64,000 nucleotides of DNA from assembly GCA_041645165.1 (NCBI GenBank), contig JBAZQN010000002.1:53388-117387 (forward strand). The letters run 5' to 3'. The DNA is from Patescibacteria group bacterium. Lineage in GTDB: Bacteria > Patescibacteriota > Patescibacteriia > 2-02-FULL-49-11. The notes below the pieces were generated by a model. The model made no database searches and was not told where the DNA came from. It worked only from the letters and a program-made list of their open reading frames with translations. The number at the start of each line of letters is the position of its first letter. Within the stretch, counting starts at the first letter, position 1. The position numbers were made by a program, and so were the translations under genes. Shown here piece after piece: positions 17,273 to 26,159 of the stretch.

Positions 17273-17519
17273 ATGAACTGTGGGTGAAAATAATTTTTTT
17301 CTCTTTTTTTCTCTCCCACCGTCTCCTCTCCTCAAACCATACACACCTTACTAAAAATAATTACTTTTGGATAACAACAAGAGAAGTTGTTAAAAAAAAT
17401 CTCTTTTATTTAATTTCCTTTTAAAATGTAATTAAAAAATTTCATTTTTTCTCCTCACCCTCGTTTCACACCTTTTATACACCACCCTTATCACTACCAT
17501 CACTCAATATATAAAATAA
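17273..17519. promoter_or_regulatory. Candidate oriC: AT-rich DnaA-box-containing spacer between dnaA and dnaN
   Basis: A roughly 250-bp very AT-rich spacer with box-like 9-mers TTATACACC (one mismatch to the E. coli R2-type TTATACACA), CATACACAC, TTATCACTA and a TTTGGATAA complement, plus T-rich tracts that fit a DNA-unwinding element. Confidence 0.4.
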
Positions 17520-18647
17520 ATGATTATGATATTCACCTGCACACAAGAAAATCTTCATCGTGGGTTTGGGGTTGTCAGTCATGTGGCGAGCCGTGCCACC
17601 ACCCTTCCCATCCTTTCTAATATTCTCATGGAGATACAAGGCAATACCCTTGTGCTTTCGGCAACCAACCTCGAAATTGGGGTCCAAACAAAAGTGCGGG
17701 GTAGGGCGGAGGAGGAGGGAAAAATTGTAGTGCCCGCAAAACTTATCAGCGAGTGTGTATCGCTTCTTCCGAGAGAAAATGTAAGCATTACCCAAGAAGG
17801 GGAGAATTTAAAGGTGCAAAGCGGATCATTTGAAAACAAAATCCACACCGTTCCCGCCGATGATTTCCCCCTTCTTCCGGTAATAGAAAAGCAAATAGCA
17901 TTCTCTTTGCATCACGCAAAACTAAACGAACTTATTCAAGCCACGCTTTTTGCCGCTTCATTTGATTATACAAGGCCTGAGCTCGCGGGGGTGTATATGC
18001 ACATTGTGAAAGGAAAATTGACCGCCGCGGCCACCAATAGTTACCGTTTGGCTGAAAAAAGCATAGAAATTACAAATCAAACTATTGATCTTCCGGGTGT
18101 AATTATCCCTATCCGCACCATGCAGGAGGTGGCAAGAATACTTCCTTTAAGCCATGCGGACCAAGGTGAAGAAGATATGGTGGAGGTGGTGATTGGCCAG
18201 CACCAGGTGTCATTTATGATGGGGGATACCGTGATGGTGAGCCGGCTTATCGAGGGGCTGTATCCTGCCTATCAGGAGATTATACCCTCTACATATGAAT
18301 CACTCATCACGGTTGAAAAGGAGCTTTTAGCGCAAGCACTGCGCGCGGCAAGTCTGTTTTCAAAATCGGGCATGAATGATATTTCTCTCATGGTACTCCC
18401 CGAAGAGCAGGGGGTGCGGTTGCGCGCGATGAATATCCATGTAGGAGAAAATACCACCGTGGTTCCCGCGAAGGTGGAAGGAAAATCTGATGAAGTAGTG
18501 TTGAATTGGCGCTATCTCGCGGAAGGGCTCGAGAGTATCACGACCGAGTCAGTGAATATAGAAGTCACGAATTCTAAAATCCCCGTGCTTCTCAAACCCT
18601 CAGGAGTGAAAGATCATCTCTACCTCATTATGCCCATTCGGCAGTAA
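17520..18647 (+). CDS. dnaN: DNA polymerase III beta sliding clamp
   Basis: N-terminal LHRGFGVVSHVASRATTLPILSNILMEIQGNTLVLSATNLEIG and a roughly 370-aa three-domain length, immediately downstream of dnaA. Confidence 0.9.
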   Translation: MIMIFTCTQENLHRGFGVVSHVASRATTLPILSNILMEIQGNTLVLSATNLEIGVQTKVRGRAEEEGKIVVPAKLISECVSLLPRENVSITQEGENLKVQSGSFENKIHTVPADDFPLLPVIEKQIAFSLHHAKLNELIQATLFAASFDYTRPELAGVYMHIVKGKLTAAATNSYRLAEKSIEITNQTIDLPGVIIPIRTMQEVARILPLSHADQGEEDMVEVVIGQHQVSFMMGDTVMVSRLIEGLYPAYQEIIPSTYESLITVEKELLAQALRAASLFSKSGMNDISLMVLPEEQGVRLRAMNIHVGENTTVVPAKVEGKSDEVVLNWRYLAEGLESITTESVNIEVTNSKIPVLLKPSGVKDHLYLIMPIRQ

Positions 18648-18728
18648 GGGTGCCTAAAAATAAACTTTTCGTTTCCTTCCTCGTCAACCATGGATGATCT
18701 CTATATCTTATAATTAGTCAGAGCTTTA

Positions 18729-19676
18729 GTGATATGTTATTTTTTATGGCACCTAAGGATTCTCATGCGTCCTAAAGGAAAAATTTTAGTGTCTGGGTCC
18801 ATGGTCTACGATAAAATCATGGATTTTCCAGGGCGGTTTGTTGATAATATTATACCTGAGAAAATTCATGCTTTAAGCGTTAATTTTGTTGTGGAGAAAA
18901 TAGAGGTGAAGGTGGGTGGTACAGCCGGAAATATCGCATATAATTTAAAGCTTTTAGGAGAGGAACCAGTCATTTTTTCGCAAGCTGGCAGAGACTTTGG
19001 CGTATATCAGAAATGGCTGCAGCGCCACCGTATTGCGTCCGATGAGATAAGGCTCGTGTCACGCAAGGATACGACAGTAGCCCACATTATCACTGACCGC
19101 GACGATAATCAGATTGCCGCACTGCATTTGGAGACCATGGGAGTACCTTGCGGGATTACTGCACAAAAGGTGAAGCGGCACTTGCCCGTGGCAATGGCGA
19201 TTATCGCGCCCGGCAATGTCACTGATATGATGGATGCGGCAAGGGTGTATAAAACACTAGGGGTGCGGTATATTGCAGACCCGGGACAAGAGATTCCGCT
19301 GTTGTCAGCTCGCGAACTTAATTATTTAATACAAGGAGCCCACGTATTGATCAGTAATGACTATGAATTTGCCCAAATAAAACAAAAGCTTAAACAGAGC
19401 GAGAAGGAAATTTTACGCAATGTAGAAACTATTGTGGTAACACTGGGAGCAAAAGGTTCGCTTATTTATCATAGGGCCCATACGTATACCGTGAAGGCGG
19501 TGCGTCCGAAAAAAGTAGTGGACCCGACTGGTGCAGGAGACGCGTATCGCGCCGGGTTTATTAAAGGCTTAGTCAGCGGGTGGAGCCTGCCGCGATGCGG
19601 TGAATTTGCGTCCTATATCGCGAAATTTCCTGTGGAACATTATGGTACGCAGGAGCATCGATTCAAGGTAAGGTAA
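18729..19676 (+). CDS. PfkB-family carbohydrate/nucleoside kinase (ribokinase/adenosine-kinase-like)
   Basis: C-terminal DPTGAGDAYRAGFIKGL (PfkB signature 2) and an N-terminal GG motif. The true start is probably the MRPKGK Met near 18765. Confidence 0.8.
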   Translation: MICYFLWHLRILMRPKGKILVSGSMVYDKIMDFPGRFVDNIIPEKIHALSVNFVVEKIEVKVGGTAGNIAYNLKLLGEEPVIFSQAGRDFGVYQKWLQRHRIASDEIRLVSRKDTTVAHIITDRDDNQIAALHLETMGVPCGITAQKVKRHLPVAMAIIAPGNVTDMMDAARVYKTLGVRYIADPGQEIPLLSARELNYLIQGAHVLISNDYEFAQIKQKLKQSEKEILRNVETIVVTLGAKGSLIYHRAHTYTVKAVRPKKVVDPTGAGDAYRAGFIKGLVSGWSLPRCGEFASYIAKFPVEHYGTQEHRFKVR

Positions 19677-19682
19677 CTACTC

Positions 19683-19730
19683 ACTGGGGCATTCTCCAAT
19701 CCCGCAGTGGAGTCCCCTCTTTTGCATGGT
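19683..19730 (+). terminator. Rho-independent terminator after the PfkB kinase gene
   Basis: GGGGCATTCTCCA...TGGAGTCCCC stem followed by TCTTTTG. Confidence 0.5.
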
Positions 19731-19864
19731 GGGGGTGTCGATGGTCAGTGGGTTGCATGCAGGTGAGGTTAAGAGGTAGAATTTTTACTGAAATCGCGCA
19801 ACATACTATACTGAAAGAGTGCCAGTACCGGCACAATACGTGTATCTGATTTTTAATCCTTTAT

Positions 19865-20710
19865 ATGCGGCTATTCCGCCCACCGCGCATCAATCCTCTA
19901 TTTGCAATGTTCTTATACGGGACGCTCACCGGGGCCTTTGTGACACTCCTCGTCGTCACCCGTTTTTCGCCCCTTGCAGGTTCAGATGACCAAGGAGCGG
20001 TGAAAGGTGTCTCTACTGAAATACAGGCGCAACCGCAGGGTGTGGTATCATTGCGCGCAGTGAGTGCACCTTTGCAGGGAGCGCTTTCGGACGCAGTAGT
20101 GGTGAAACGCGCGATAGACGGCGATACTGTAGAGCTTGAGAGCGGACTGCGGGTGCGCTACATCGGTATGGATAGTCCTGAAATGGCAGAGCGCGGGGTT
20201 GAGGGGTGTTTGGCTACGGCTGCGCAAGAAGCAAATAGTAATTTAGTGCAAGGCAAAACCGTCCGTATGGAACGCGATACCAGCGATAAAGACCGCTACG
20301 GAAGGCTATTGCGGTACGTGTGGCTCGATACTATGCAGATCAATATCATGCTGGTGGAACAAGGGCTTGCGCGCGCGGTGGCCTACCCGCCAGACGTGAA
20401 ATACCAGCAAGAGCTTGCCGCTGCAGAAACGCGCGCAAAAGAAGGGAGGCGCGGGCTTTGGGGAGATTTGTGCCGCACGGCCGCATCCGGCGATGCCACA
20501 GAGGAGCAAACGGTTTCTCCTGCGCTCCCGCCCGTGTCAGAGTGCACTATGAAGGGAAACATTTCGAACGGCGAAAAGATATACCATCTCTCTGGGTGCA
20601 AAAGTTATACAAAAACCGTCATCACGCCCGCAACCGGCGAGCGCTGGTTCTGCACCGAAGAAGAAGCGCGTGCCGCCGGCTGGCGGAAGGCAAAAGATTG
20701 TCCGAATTAG
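19865..20710 (+). CDS. Secreted thermonuclease (staphylococcal-nuclease-like) with a C-terminal Cys-containing module
   Basis: N-terminal TM/signal; SNase core (VVKRAIDGDTVELE...RVRYIGMDSPE...DRYGRLLRYVW); C-terminal KIYHLSGCKSY...ERWFCTEEEARAAGWRKAKDC motif. Confidence 0.8.
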   Translation: MRLFRPPRINPLFAMFLYGTLTGAFVTLLVVTRFSPLAGSDDQGAVKGVSTEIQAQPQGVVSLRAVSAPLQGALSDAVVVKRAIDGDTVELESGLRVRYIGMDSPEMAERGVEGCLATAAQEANSNLVQGKTVRMERDTSDKDRYGRLLRYVWLDTMQINIMLVEQGLARAVAYPPDVKYQQELAAAETRAKEGRRGLWGDLCRTAASGDATEEQTVSPALPPVSECTMKGNISNGEKIYHLSGCKSYTKTVITPATGERWFCTEEEARAAGWRKAKDCPN

Positions 20711-20759
20711 TAGTATATACTATTATTACCAGCCAACCATTGTTCATCGTGATATAGCA

Positions 20760-21503
20760 TTATGTTAATGCATTCCACATTAGTTCAAATGCTGATCGTT
20801 GCATCTCATTAATTTCTTTGCTTTCAATAATAACACCCATAAAATTTTCTCGGTATGAGACGAGCGCCACTTTATTAGCGTAAATTTCAGTATCAGCGTT
20901 GAAAATAAAGTTTTTGCTTGTAATAATTTTAATCTCTCGTAGATCCTTCAAGCTCGACGTTTCCCAATCTCGAGCTGCTTGAGAGTCGTATGCAATAGCA
21001 CGCAGTCTTATTTTTTTCCTCACTCGTTCTCCTACATACCATCGGTAATATTCATAGGGCATGAGCTGATAAAAATTTGTAAGGCCTGTGTAGCTCAGGA
21101 TAGTACCACCATCAAGGGTACAATCGAGTGTATCTTGATAGAGTTCTTTCATTCCACCCATACCTTCGTAGTATGTAATTCTCGGTTTTTGTGGGAGTAC
21201 GTTATGAACCGCACGTAGTTCAGGCAAGAGATTCTCGATAGCCCTCTTTTGTTCATCAACATTCCGCCCGAGCTGTCTCACGTCCTCGATGAAATAGAAC
21301 CGTTTCTTCCCTTGAATGCCTGTTTTGATAAATCCCTCGCGGATCATTTCGGGAAGCAAGTTGTATACAGTCGTTCTCTTCAAGGACGATTTTTTTGCAA
21401 TATCAATTACCGACCCCTTCCCAAGTTCAAGAAGTGCCACATACATCAGCGCTTTTTTATCCGAGAATCCAATATCTTGCAACGATTTTTTCAATGATGT
21501 CAT
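20760..21503 (-). CDS. TrmB-family transcriptional regulator (paralog 2)
   Basis: N-terminal LQDIGFSDKKALMYVALLELGKGSVIDIAKKSSLKRTTVYNLLPEMIREGFI. Confidence 0.7.
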   Translation of the reverse strand: MTSLKKSLQDIGFSDKKALMYVALLELGKGSVIDIAKKSSLKRTTVYNLLPEMIREGFIKTGIQGKKRFYFIEDVRQLGRNVDEQKRAIENLLPELRAVHNVLPQKPRITYYEGMGGMKELYQDTLDCTLDGGTILSYTGLTNFYQLMPYEYYRWYVGERVRKKIRLRAIAYDSQAARDWETSSLKDLREIKIITSKNFIFNADTEIYANKVALVSYRENFMGVIIESKEINEMQRSAFELMWNALT

Positions 21504-21527
21504 AAATGTCTACTAAAGTGGACATTT
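21504..21527. promoter_or_regulatory. 10-bp inverted repeat (AAATGTCTAC-taaa-GTGGACATTT) abutting the TrmB-2 start codon
   Basis: 9 of 10 arm positions are complementary, and it sits directly upstream of the ATG on the minus strand. Confidence 0.35.
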
Positions 21528-21699
21528 ATATTTTGCCCTGTGTATGTAAAAAAGTCAAATAAATCTAGTATAAAATATTATTATAAGTCAGATAATTATA
21601 ATGTTTATTGTTTTTTTGTCTAGTTCTAATAGACTAAATAAAGTCAAAAAACAACTCAGGAATTCATTTATAGTACATTAACAAAAGAAAGGAACAAAT

Positions 21700-22704
21700 A
21701 TGATCAAAACTTTTGATGATATTCTATTCCCACTCCAAATGAGATGGGAATATGCACTGGGAAATGTTGCTTCGGATAGCCGCGGTGAGTTTGATAAAAA
21801 GCAATTTAATGAGCGCGCGCCACGCCTCTATCCTGGCTTTAATCACGTTGCGCCACATCCTCGTATCGGTGTCATGAACTTAATGATACCAGTGGGATGT
21901 AATGCCACTTGTCCAAATATCTGCTATACGGATATTGGAAAGCGGAGGCGTACCACAGAGCATTTGACGTTTCGCCAGATTCTCGGACTTCTGGAACAAT
22001 TCCGCTCTTTAGGCGGAAAACTTGTACGAATCGTGGGCGATGGCGAGCCGGTTCTGTATCGAGAACTCCCTCAACTTTGCCAATGGGTATGGGAGAAGGG
22101 GTTGAATCTTGTTATATTCTCGAATGGGGTTCTTATGCCGCAGTCGATGCTACAGGAGTATGAGCGAGGTAATTTGTACTTCTACATTAAACTCTGGAGT
22201 GAGAGAATAGATGTACAAAAGGCGATGGTTGCTCCAAAGATTCCATATCGTTATCAGGATGGTGATATTGGACTAGCACCTTCTTCCTTTTATCAACTTT
22301 ACGAAATTGATTTATCAAGAGTTGGTTTTCAAGTAATGTTCTCCTCACTGAATGAGGAGGATGCGTGGCGGATTGTACAAGGACCCAAAAGCAAGCTCCC
22401 GCTCTTAGTGGAGAATTTTATAGCTCAAGGAGCTGGCGCAGGACACACCGAACTCACTCCGAGAGTGGTATCGCCGGCAACAAAAGCATGCACACAGCCA
22501 GAGAGGAGCTCTTATTTATGCGTCGTTAATTCTTGTGGCCGATTACAGGCGGGGACATTTGTTCCTGAGGGTGCCATCCCTATTATTGGGCAACTGACTG
22601 ATGTGTGGAGTTCAATTTTCACCTCGCATGAGCCTTTCTTCGAGGCAAGATATCCGGCAGAACCTGGATGCTTCTGTGAACGATTCCGTTCACAACACCG
22701 TTGA
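21700..22704 (+). CDS. Radical-SAM-like protein (non-canonical Cys cluster, GDGEP motif, Cys-rich C-terminus), putative
   Basis: VGCNATCPNICY (C-x3-C-x3-C rather than the canonical CxxxCxxC), VRIVGDGEPVLY (a GGEPLL-like SAM-binding motif), and C-terminal CVVNSCGRLQAG / EPGCFCERF that could be an auxiliary cluster. Strong downstream hairpin terminator (GGAATGATT...AATCATTCC followed by TTTTT). Confidence 0.4.
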   Translation: MIKTFDDILFPLQMRWEYALGNVASDSRGEFDKKQFNERAPRLYPGFNHVAPHPRIGVMNLMIPVGCNATCPNICYTDIGKRRRTTEHLTFRQILGLLEQFRSLGGKLVRIVGDGEPVLYRELPQLCQWVWEKGLNLVIFSNGVLMPQSMLQEYERGNLYFYIKLWSERIDVQKAMVAPKIPYRYQDGDIGLAPSSFYQLYEIDLSRVGFQVMFSSLNEEDAWRIVQGPKSKLPLLVENFIAQGAGAGHTELTPRVVSPATKACTQPERSSYLCVVNSCGRLQAGTFVPEGAIPIIGQLTDVWSSIFTSHEPFFEARYPAEPGCFCERFRSQHR

Positions 22705-22763
22705 GAAAATGTAAGTCGGAATGATTGATATCCTCGTGAATCATTCCGACTCCTTTTTGTAAG

Positions 22764-22837
22764 CGAGCGTTGGTTCTGCACCGAAGAAGAGGCACGTGCC
22801 GCCGGCTGGAGGAGGGCAAAAGATTGTCCGAATTAAA
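22764..22837 (+). pseudogene. Orphan duplicate of the thermonuclease 3' end (encodes ERWFCTEEEARAAGWRRAKDCPN*)
   Basis: About 74 bp that is roughly 93 percent identical to 20637-20710. The frame is preserved with mainly synonymous or conservative changes, and no upstream ORF body is present. Confidence 0.6.
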
Positions 22838-22894
22838 TTAAGCCCCGCATTTTAGTGGCGTACACTGGCCCCTGTTCTGGCGAAAAAGGAATTA

Positions 22895-22935
22895 AAAAAG
22901 CAGGAGTGACGAAAGATCACATCCCCTGCTTTTTC
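22895..22935. terminator. Bidirectional Rho-independent terminator (A-run, GCAGGAGTGA...TCACATCCCCTGC, T-run)
   Basis: Hairpin flanked by AAAAA on one side and TTTTT on the other, between the convergent cassette and PBP1A. Confidence 0.55.
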
Positions 22936-23004
22936 GAGCTCACGAAGCCTTTTGTGGCTTCATTTTTAAACACTTTATTGTGTTATCTAAACTTTGCATG
23001 CGAT

Positions 23005-25884
23005 TTACGGAACAATTTCGATATCGATGGTATTGCCTTCGGTGACCGTGCCGTCGGTGTGGGTGAGCACCGCGGAAAGGCGGTAGCGGCCGAGGCTGGG
23101 CGCTTCTTCCCAGATGAGACTCGAGCGCTCGCCTTGCGTGTTGGCAACGCCTAAGAATATAGTTTGATTGGTGGCGAGATTGCGCAGATACAGGTCAACT
23201 TTGGCAATCGTCGCATCGCCTCGCCCGGTAAGCACGATCGGCTGGGGGTATGCGTTCGCCTGCAGGGAAGCGCCTGGTGCGGGTTTCACCCATTCGATGG
23301 CAGATGTGCCAGTGTTGCGCGCTACGGTAATGGGAACGCTCACCATGCGGCTGTTGTCGATGTCGTCAAACGCAGTCACGGTGAGATTATACGCGCCGTC
23401 TCCTAAAGCCCGGAGCGGCACTGCGGCAGTGAAGGGCGGAGATTTGAGTGTGGCAAGCAGCTGATTGTTCACGCTCACCTCAATGCGGCTTAATCCCCGC
23501 GGCGCCGAGGCATTTGCCGCGACCGTCACCTCCTGTCCCGTCACTGTGGTGCGTTCGCTCGGGCTATTGACAGTTAATGTGGGGCGGTTTGTTTCCGTAT
23601 GGAGGTCATCGTATGCGATGGGCGGCGTAATGGTGGAGGGCGTAAAGCCATTTGCGGCAGCCCAGCGCTGTACCGCCTCTTCCCAAGTGTAGTATTGGGG
23701 ATCATCAAGTGGGTTCGTGGGTGTGGGGCCTAAAGGATCGCTCTTGTTTACATAGTGGAGGATGTTGTGCACCGCGCCCGTGCGGTATTCCATAATGAAG
23801 GAAGCAGGCGTGAGGTCGGTCGCAAGTTTTCCTGAGGCGCGGTCAATGCGGATGAGTGTATCGCCTTCCACCCTGCCGTTGAGCATGGGTTTTTGGGGAA
23901 GTGAAAGGGGGTCTGGTTGTGGGAATTGCTCAATGGGCGCCTTCTCCAGTGCGCGCTTCATGAACGTGTTCCAAATTGGCGCAGCCACCACAGATCCGTC
24001 CGCGCCTTTCTTCATGCTGGTGAAATCGTTATTCCCCACCCATACGCCTGCGGCAAGCGAAGGAGTAAAGCCGATGGTCCATGCGTCCCGGAAATCGTTG
24101 GTCGTGCCGGTCTTCGCGGCCACCGGCCGGTCGCCCAGCTGCAGTTTGCTCTGCGCCCCAAACATGAACGTGCGCGCATTATTATCCGACATGATATTGG
24201 TGACTTGAAGCGCTACCTGTTTTGGCACAACTTCTCTTCCCTCATCTTGGGCCGCTTTCCAGATTGTTTTCCCGTCCTTGTCTTGGATAGCGAGCAGCGC
24301 AATCGGCGTATGGTATATGCCGCCTTGGCCAAGCGAGGACAGGGCTGCGGTATGTTCCAGAAGTTTTATCTCTCCCCCGCCCAAGACCAGCGACAAGCCG
24401 AAGCGGGAGCGGTCAGAGAGTGTGGTATATCCCATTTTTTCAGCTTGAGTAAGCACTTGATCCACTCCGGCAAGGTACAGGGCTTTTACCGCAGGCGTGT
24501 TGAGGGATCCGGCAAGCGCGGTGCGGATGGATACTGGCCCGCGCTCCTTGCCGTCATAGTCGTGCGGCGCGTAGTCTTTTTCAATGTCAGTTTTGAATAC
24601 CGTATCCACATCGAAAAGGATGGTATCAGGGGAATAGCCGCCCCGTGTAAGAAGTGTCGCGTATACAATGGGTTTGAATGATGACCCCGGTTGGCGCGGG
24701 GAGAGCACGACATTGAAATTCCCGTCATGTTTCGTGTCAAAATAGTCGCGCGATCCCACCATAGCGAGTATTTCGCCGTTTGTGGCATTCATGGCAATCA
24801 TTGCGGCGTTCGTCGCTTTAAAATCTTTTTCATTCCTTTTCACGCCTTCGGTGACCGCTTCCTCGGCTATTTTTTGGAGTTTGAGATCAAGCGTGGTCAC
24901 GACTTTTAAGCCGCCTTGCTGGACCTGTATTTCTCCATAGCGTTCGGTCAATAGCTCCCGTATAAACATCACGAAGTGAGGAGCGGTGATGGCGTCCTTG
25001 AATGGCTGAAACGCGATTTTTTCTTTTTTTGCGGCTTCTGCATCCTCTTTGCTGATATAGCCTTGTTCCGCCATCTGGCCGAGGAGGTATTGCTGCGCGG
25101 TAAAAAGTTCTTTCGTGTGGGTGCCGTACGGCGAGTAGTAGGTGGGGGCTTTGGGGATGACCGCAAGCGCTGCAGCCTCGGCAAGCGACACGTCGTGCGC
25201 CGATTTGCCGAAATAGGTCTTCGCCGCAGCCTCGATTCCGTAGTTTGAGCCGCCATAGGGAATCTCATTCAGGTACATCTCGAGAATTTTGTCTTTCGTA
25301 AAGGCATGCTCCATGCGCCACGTGAGCACCACTTCCTTGATTTTGCGCGTGAATGTTTTTTCGTTCGTGAGCACTGCATTTTTTACGAATTGCTGGGTGA
25401 GTGTGCTGCCGCCGCCTCCTGAGGGGCCGAGGTTTACCACATAGCGGAATACAGAACGCACAATGCCGCGGATGGAAATACCCTGATGGTTATAGAAATT
25501 GCGGTCCTCCCGCACGATCGTCGCCCATTTCAGGTATTCCGGAATTTCATTGAGGGCAATGGGAGTCCGTTTTTCGTCTGAATACAGCTCATAGAGCACG
25601 GTGGCGCCGGTGCGGTCATAGATTTTGGTTGAAAGGGGCGTAGGGCGTTCAATGATGCCGGTAGTGCTCGGCAGTCCTCGGGTAAGCCAAAACAGCGCGC
25701 CCGCCGTTGCGGGCAGCGCAATAAGCGTAGTGATAATGATTGCGCGAAGCGCTTTCTTTTTTATGCCGCGGTGGGGCAGGTGCGGGGTGCGGGAAGCGCG
25801 GCGCGGCGCAAGAGCTACCGTATGGTCGCGGTAGCCGCGCCAAGAACGGGGCGATTGAGTGCGTTGGAGAGGAGGGATGGGCAT
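23005..25884 (-). CDS. Penicillin-binding protein 1A (bifunctional GT51 glycosyltransferase/transpeptidase) with a C-terminal Ig-like extension
   Basis: GT51 motifs (EDRNFYNHQGI, RKIKE), transpeptidase SSFKP (SxxK), SLN and KTGTTND (KTG), and an N-terminal TM. The ATG start (MPIPPL) is preferred over the upstream alternative start. Confidence 0.9.
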   Translation of the reverse strand: MPIPPLQRTQSPRSWRGYRDHTVALAPRRASRTPHLPHRGIKKKALRAIIITTLIALPATAGALFWLTRGLPSTTGIIERPTPLSTKIYDRTGATVLYELYSDEKRTPIALNEIPEYLKWATIVREDRNFYNHQGISIRGIVRSVFRYVVNLGPSGGGGSTLTQQFVKNAVLTNEKTFTRKIKEVVLTWRMEHAFTKDKILEMYLNEIPYGGSNYGIEAAAKTYFGKSAHDVSLAEAAALAVIPKAPTYYSPYGTHTKELFTAQQYLLGQMAEQGYISKEDAEAAKKEKIAFQPFKDAITAPHFVMFIRELLTERYGEIQVQQGGLKVVTTLDLKLQKIAEEAVTEGVKRNEKDFKATNAAMIAMNATNGEILAMVGSRDYFDTKHDGNFNVVLSPRQPGSSFKPIVYATLLTRGGYSPDTILFDVDTVFKTDIEKDYAPHDYDGKERGPVSIRTALAGSLNTPAVKALYLAGVDQVLTQAEKMGYTTLSDRSRFGLSLVLGGGEIKLLEHTAALSSLGQGGIYHTPIALLAIQDKDGKTIWKAAQDEGREVVPKQVALQVTNIMSDNNARTFMFGAQSKLQLGDRPVAAKTGTTNDFRDAWTIGFTPSLAAGVWVGNNDFTSMKKGADGSVVAAPIWNTFMKRALEKAPIEQFPQPDPLSLPQKPMLNGRVEGDTLIRIDRASGKLATDLTPASFIMEYRTGAVHNILHYVNKSDPLGPTPTNPLDDPQYYTWEEAVQRWAAANGFTPSTITPPIAYDDLHTETNRPTLTVNSPSERTTVTGQEVTVAANASAPRGLSRIEVSVNNQLLATLKSPPFTAAVPLRALGDGAYNLTVTAFDDIDNSRMVSVPITVARNTGTSAIEWVKPAPGASLQANAYPQPIVLTGRGDATIAKVDLYLRNLATNQTIFLGVANTQGERSSLIWEEAPSLGRYRLSAVLTHTDGTVTEGNTIDIEIVP

Positions 25885-25892
25885 GTTAAGAA

Positions 25893-25960
25893 AATCAAAA
25901 TGCAAAATTCAAAACTCAAAATAGGGATATTCCGTCCCGCCTTGGCGGGATTCCATAATT
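25893..25960. repeat. Family B-related element (GTCCCGCC-tt-GGCGGGA hairpin plus the AAAATCAAAATGCAAAATTCAAAA AT-motif)
   Basis: Shares the AT-rich motif and the GCGGGA/TCCCGC hairpin with 6784-6912 and 39376-39515. Confidence 0.45.
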
Positions 25961-26040
25961 TTAATTTTTGGTCTCTGGTTTTTGAATTTTTGCTCCTCTA
26001 GCCATTATACCAGATGTCGGCTACAATGGTGACAGGCTTA

Positions 26041-26146
26041 CTTAGGCGCCTAAAAAATAACATATCCAGCCATCTGCGTCATGCCAGATGAAAATAAGGA
26101 CAAACCTTTGAAATAAGTGAAATGTTATTTTTTTAAGCGCCCTTAT
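26041..26146. mobile_element. MITE-like element, copy 1: about 106 bp bounded by roughly 24-bp imperfect terminal inverted repeats (cttaggcgcctaaaaaataacat ... atgttatttttttaagcgccctta)
   Basis: Same terminal inverted repeats as 60263-60381, with a different internal sequence. Both are intergenic. Confidence 0.5.
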
Positions 26147-26159
26147 TTATCATCTCATT

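Noticed and set aside
23005-25905. The upstream alternative start codon for PBP1A at 25905
   Set aside because: It is a non-ATG start that would translate through the conserved AT upstream motif. The ATG at 25884 (MPIPPL...) sits 7 nt after that motif, like the gdh and ruvC starts.
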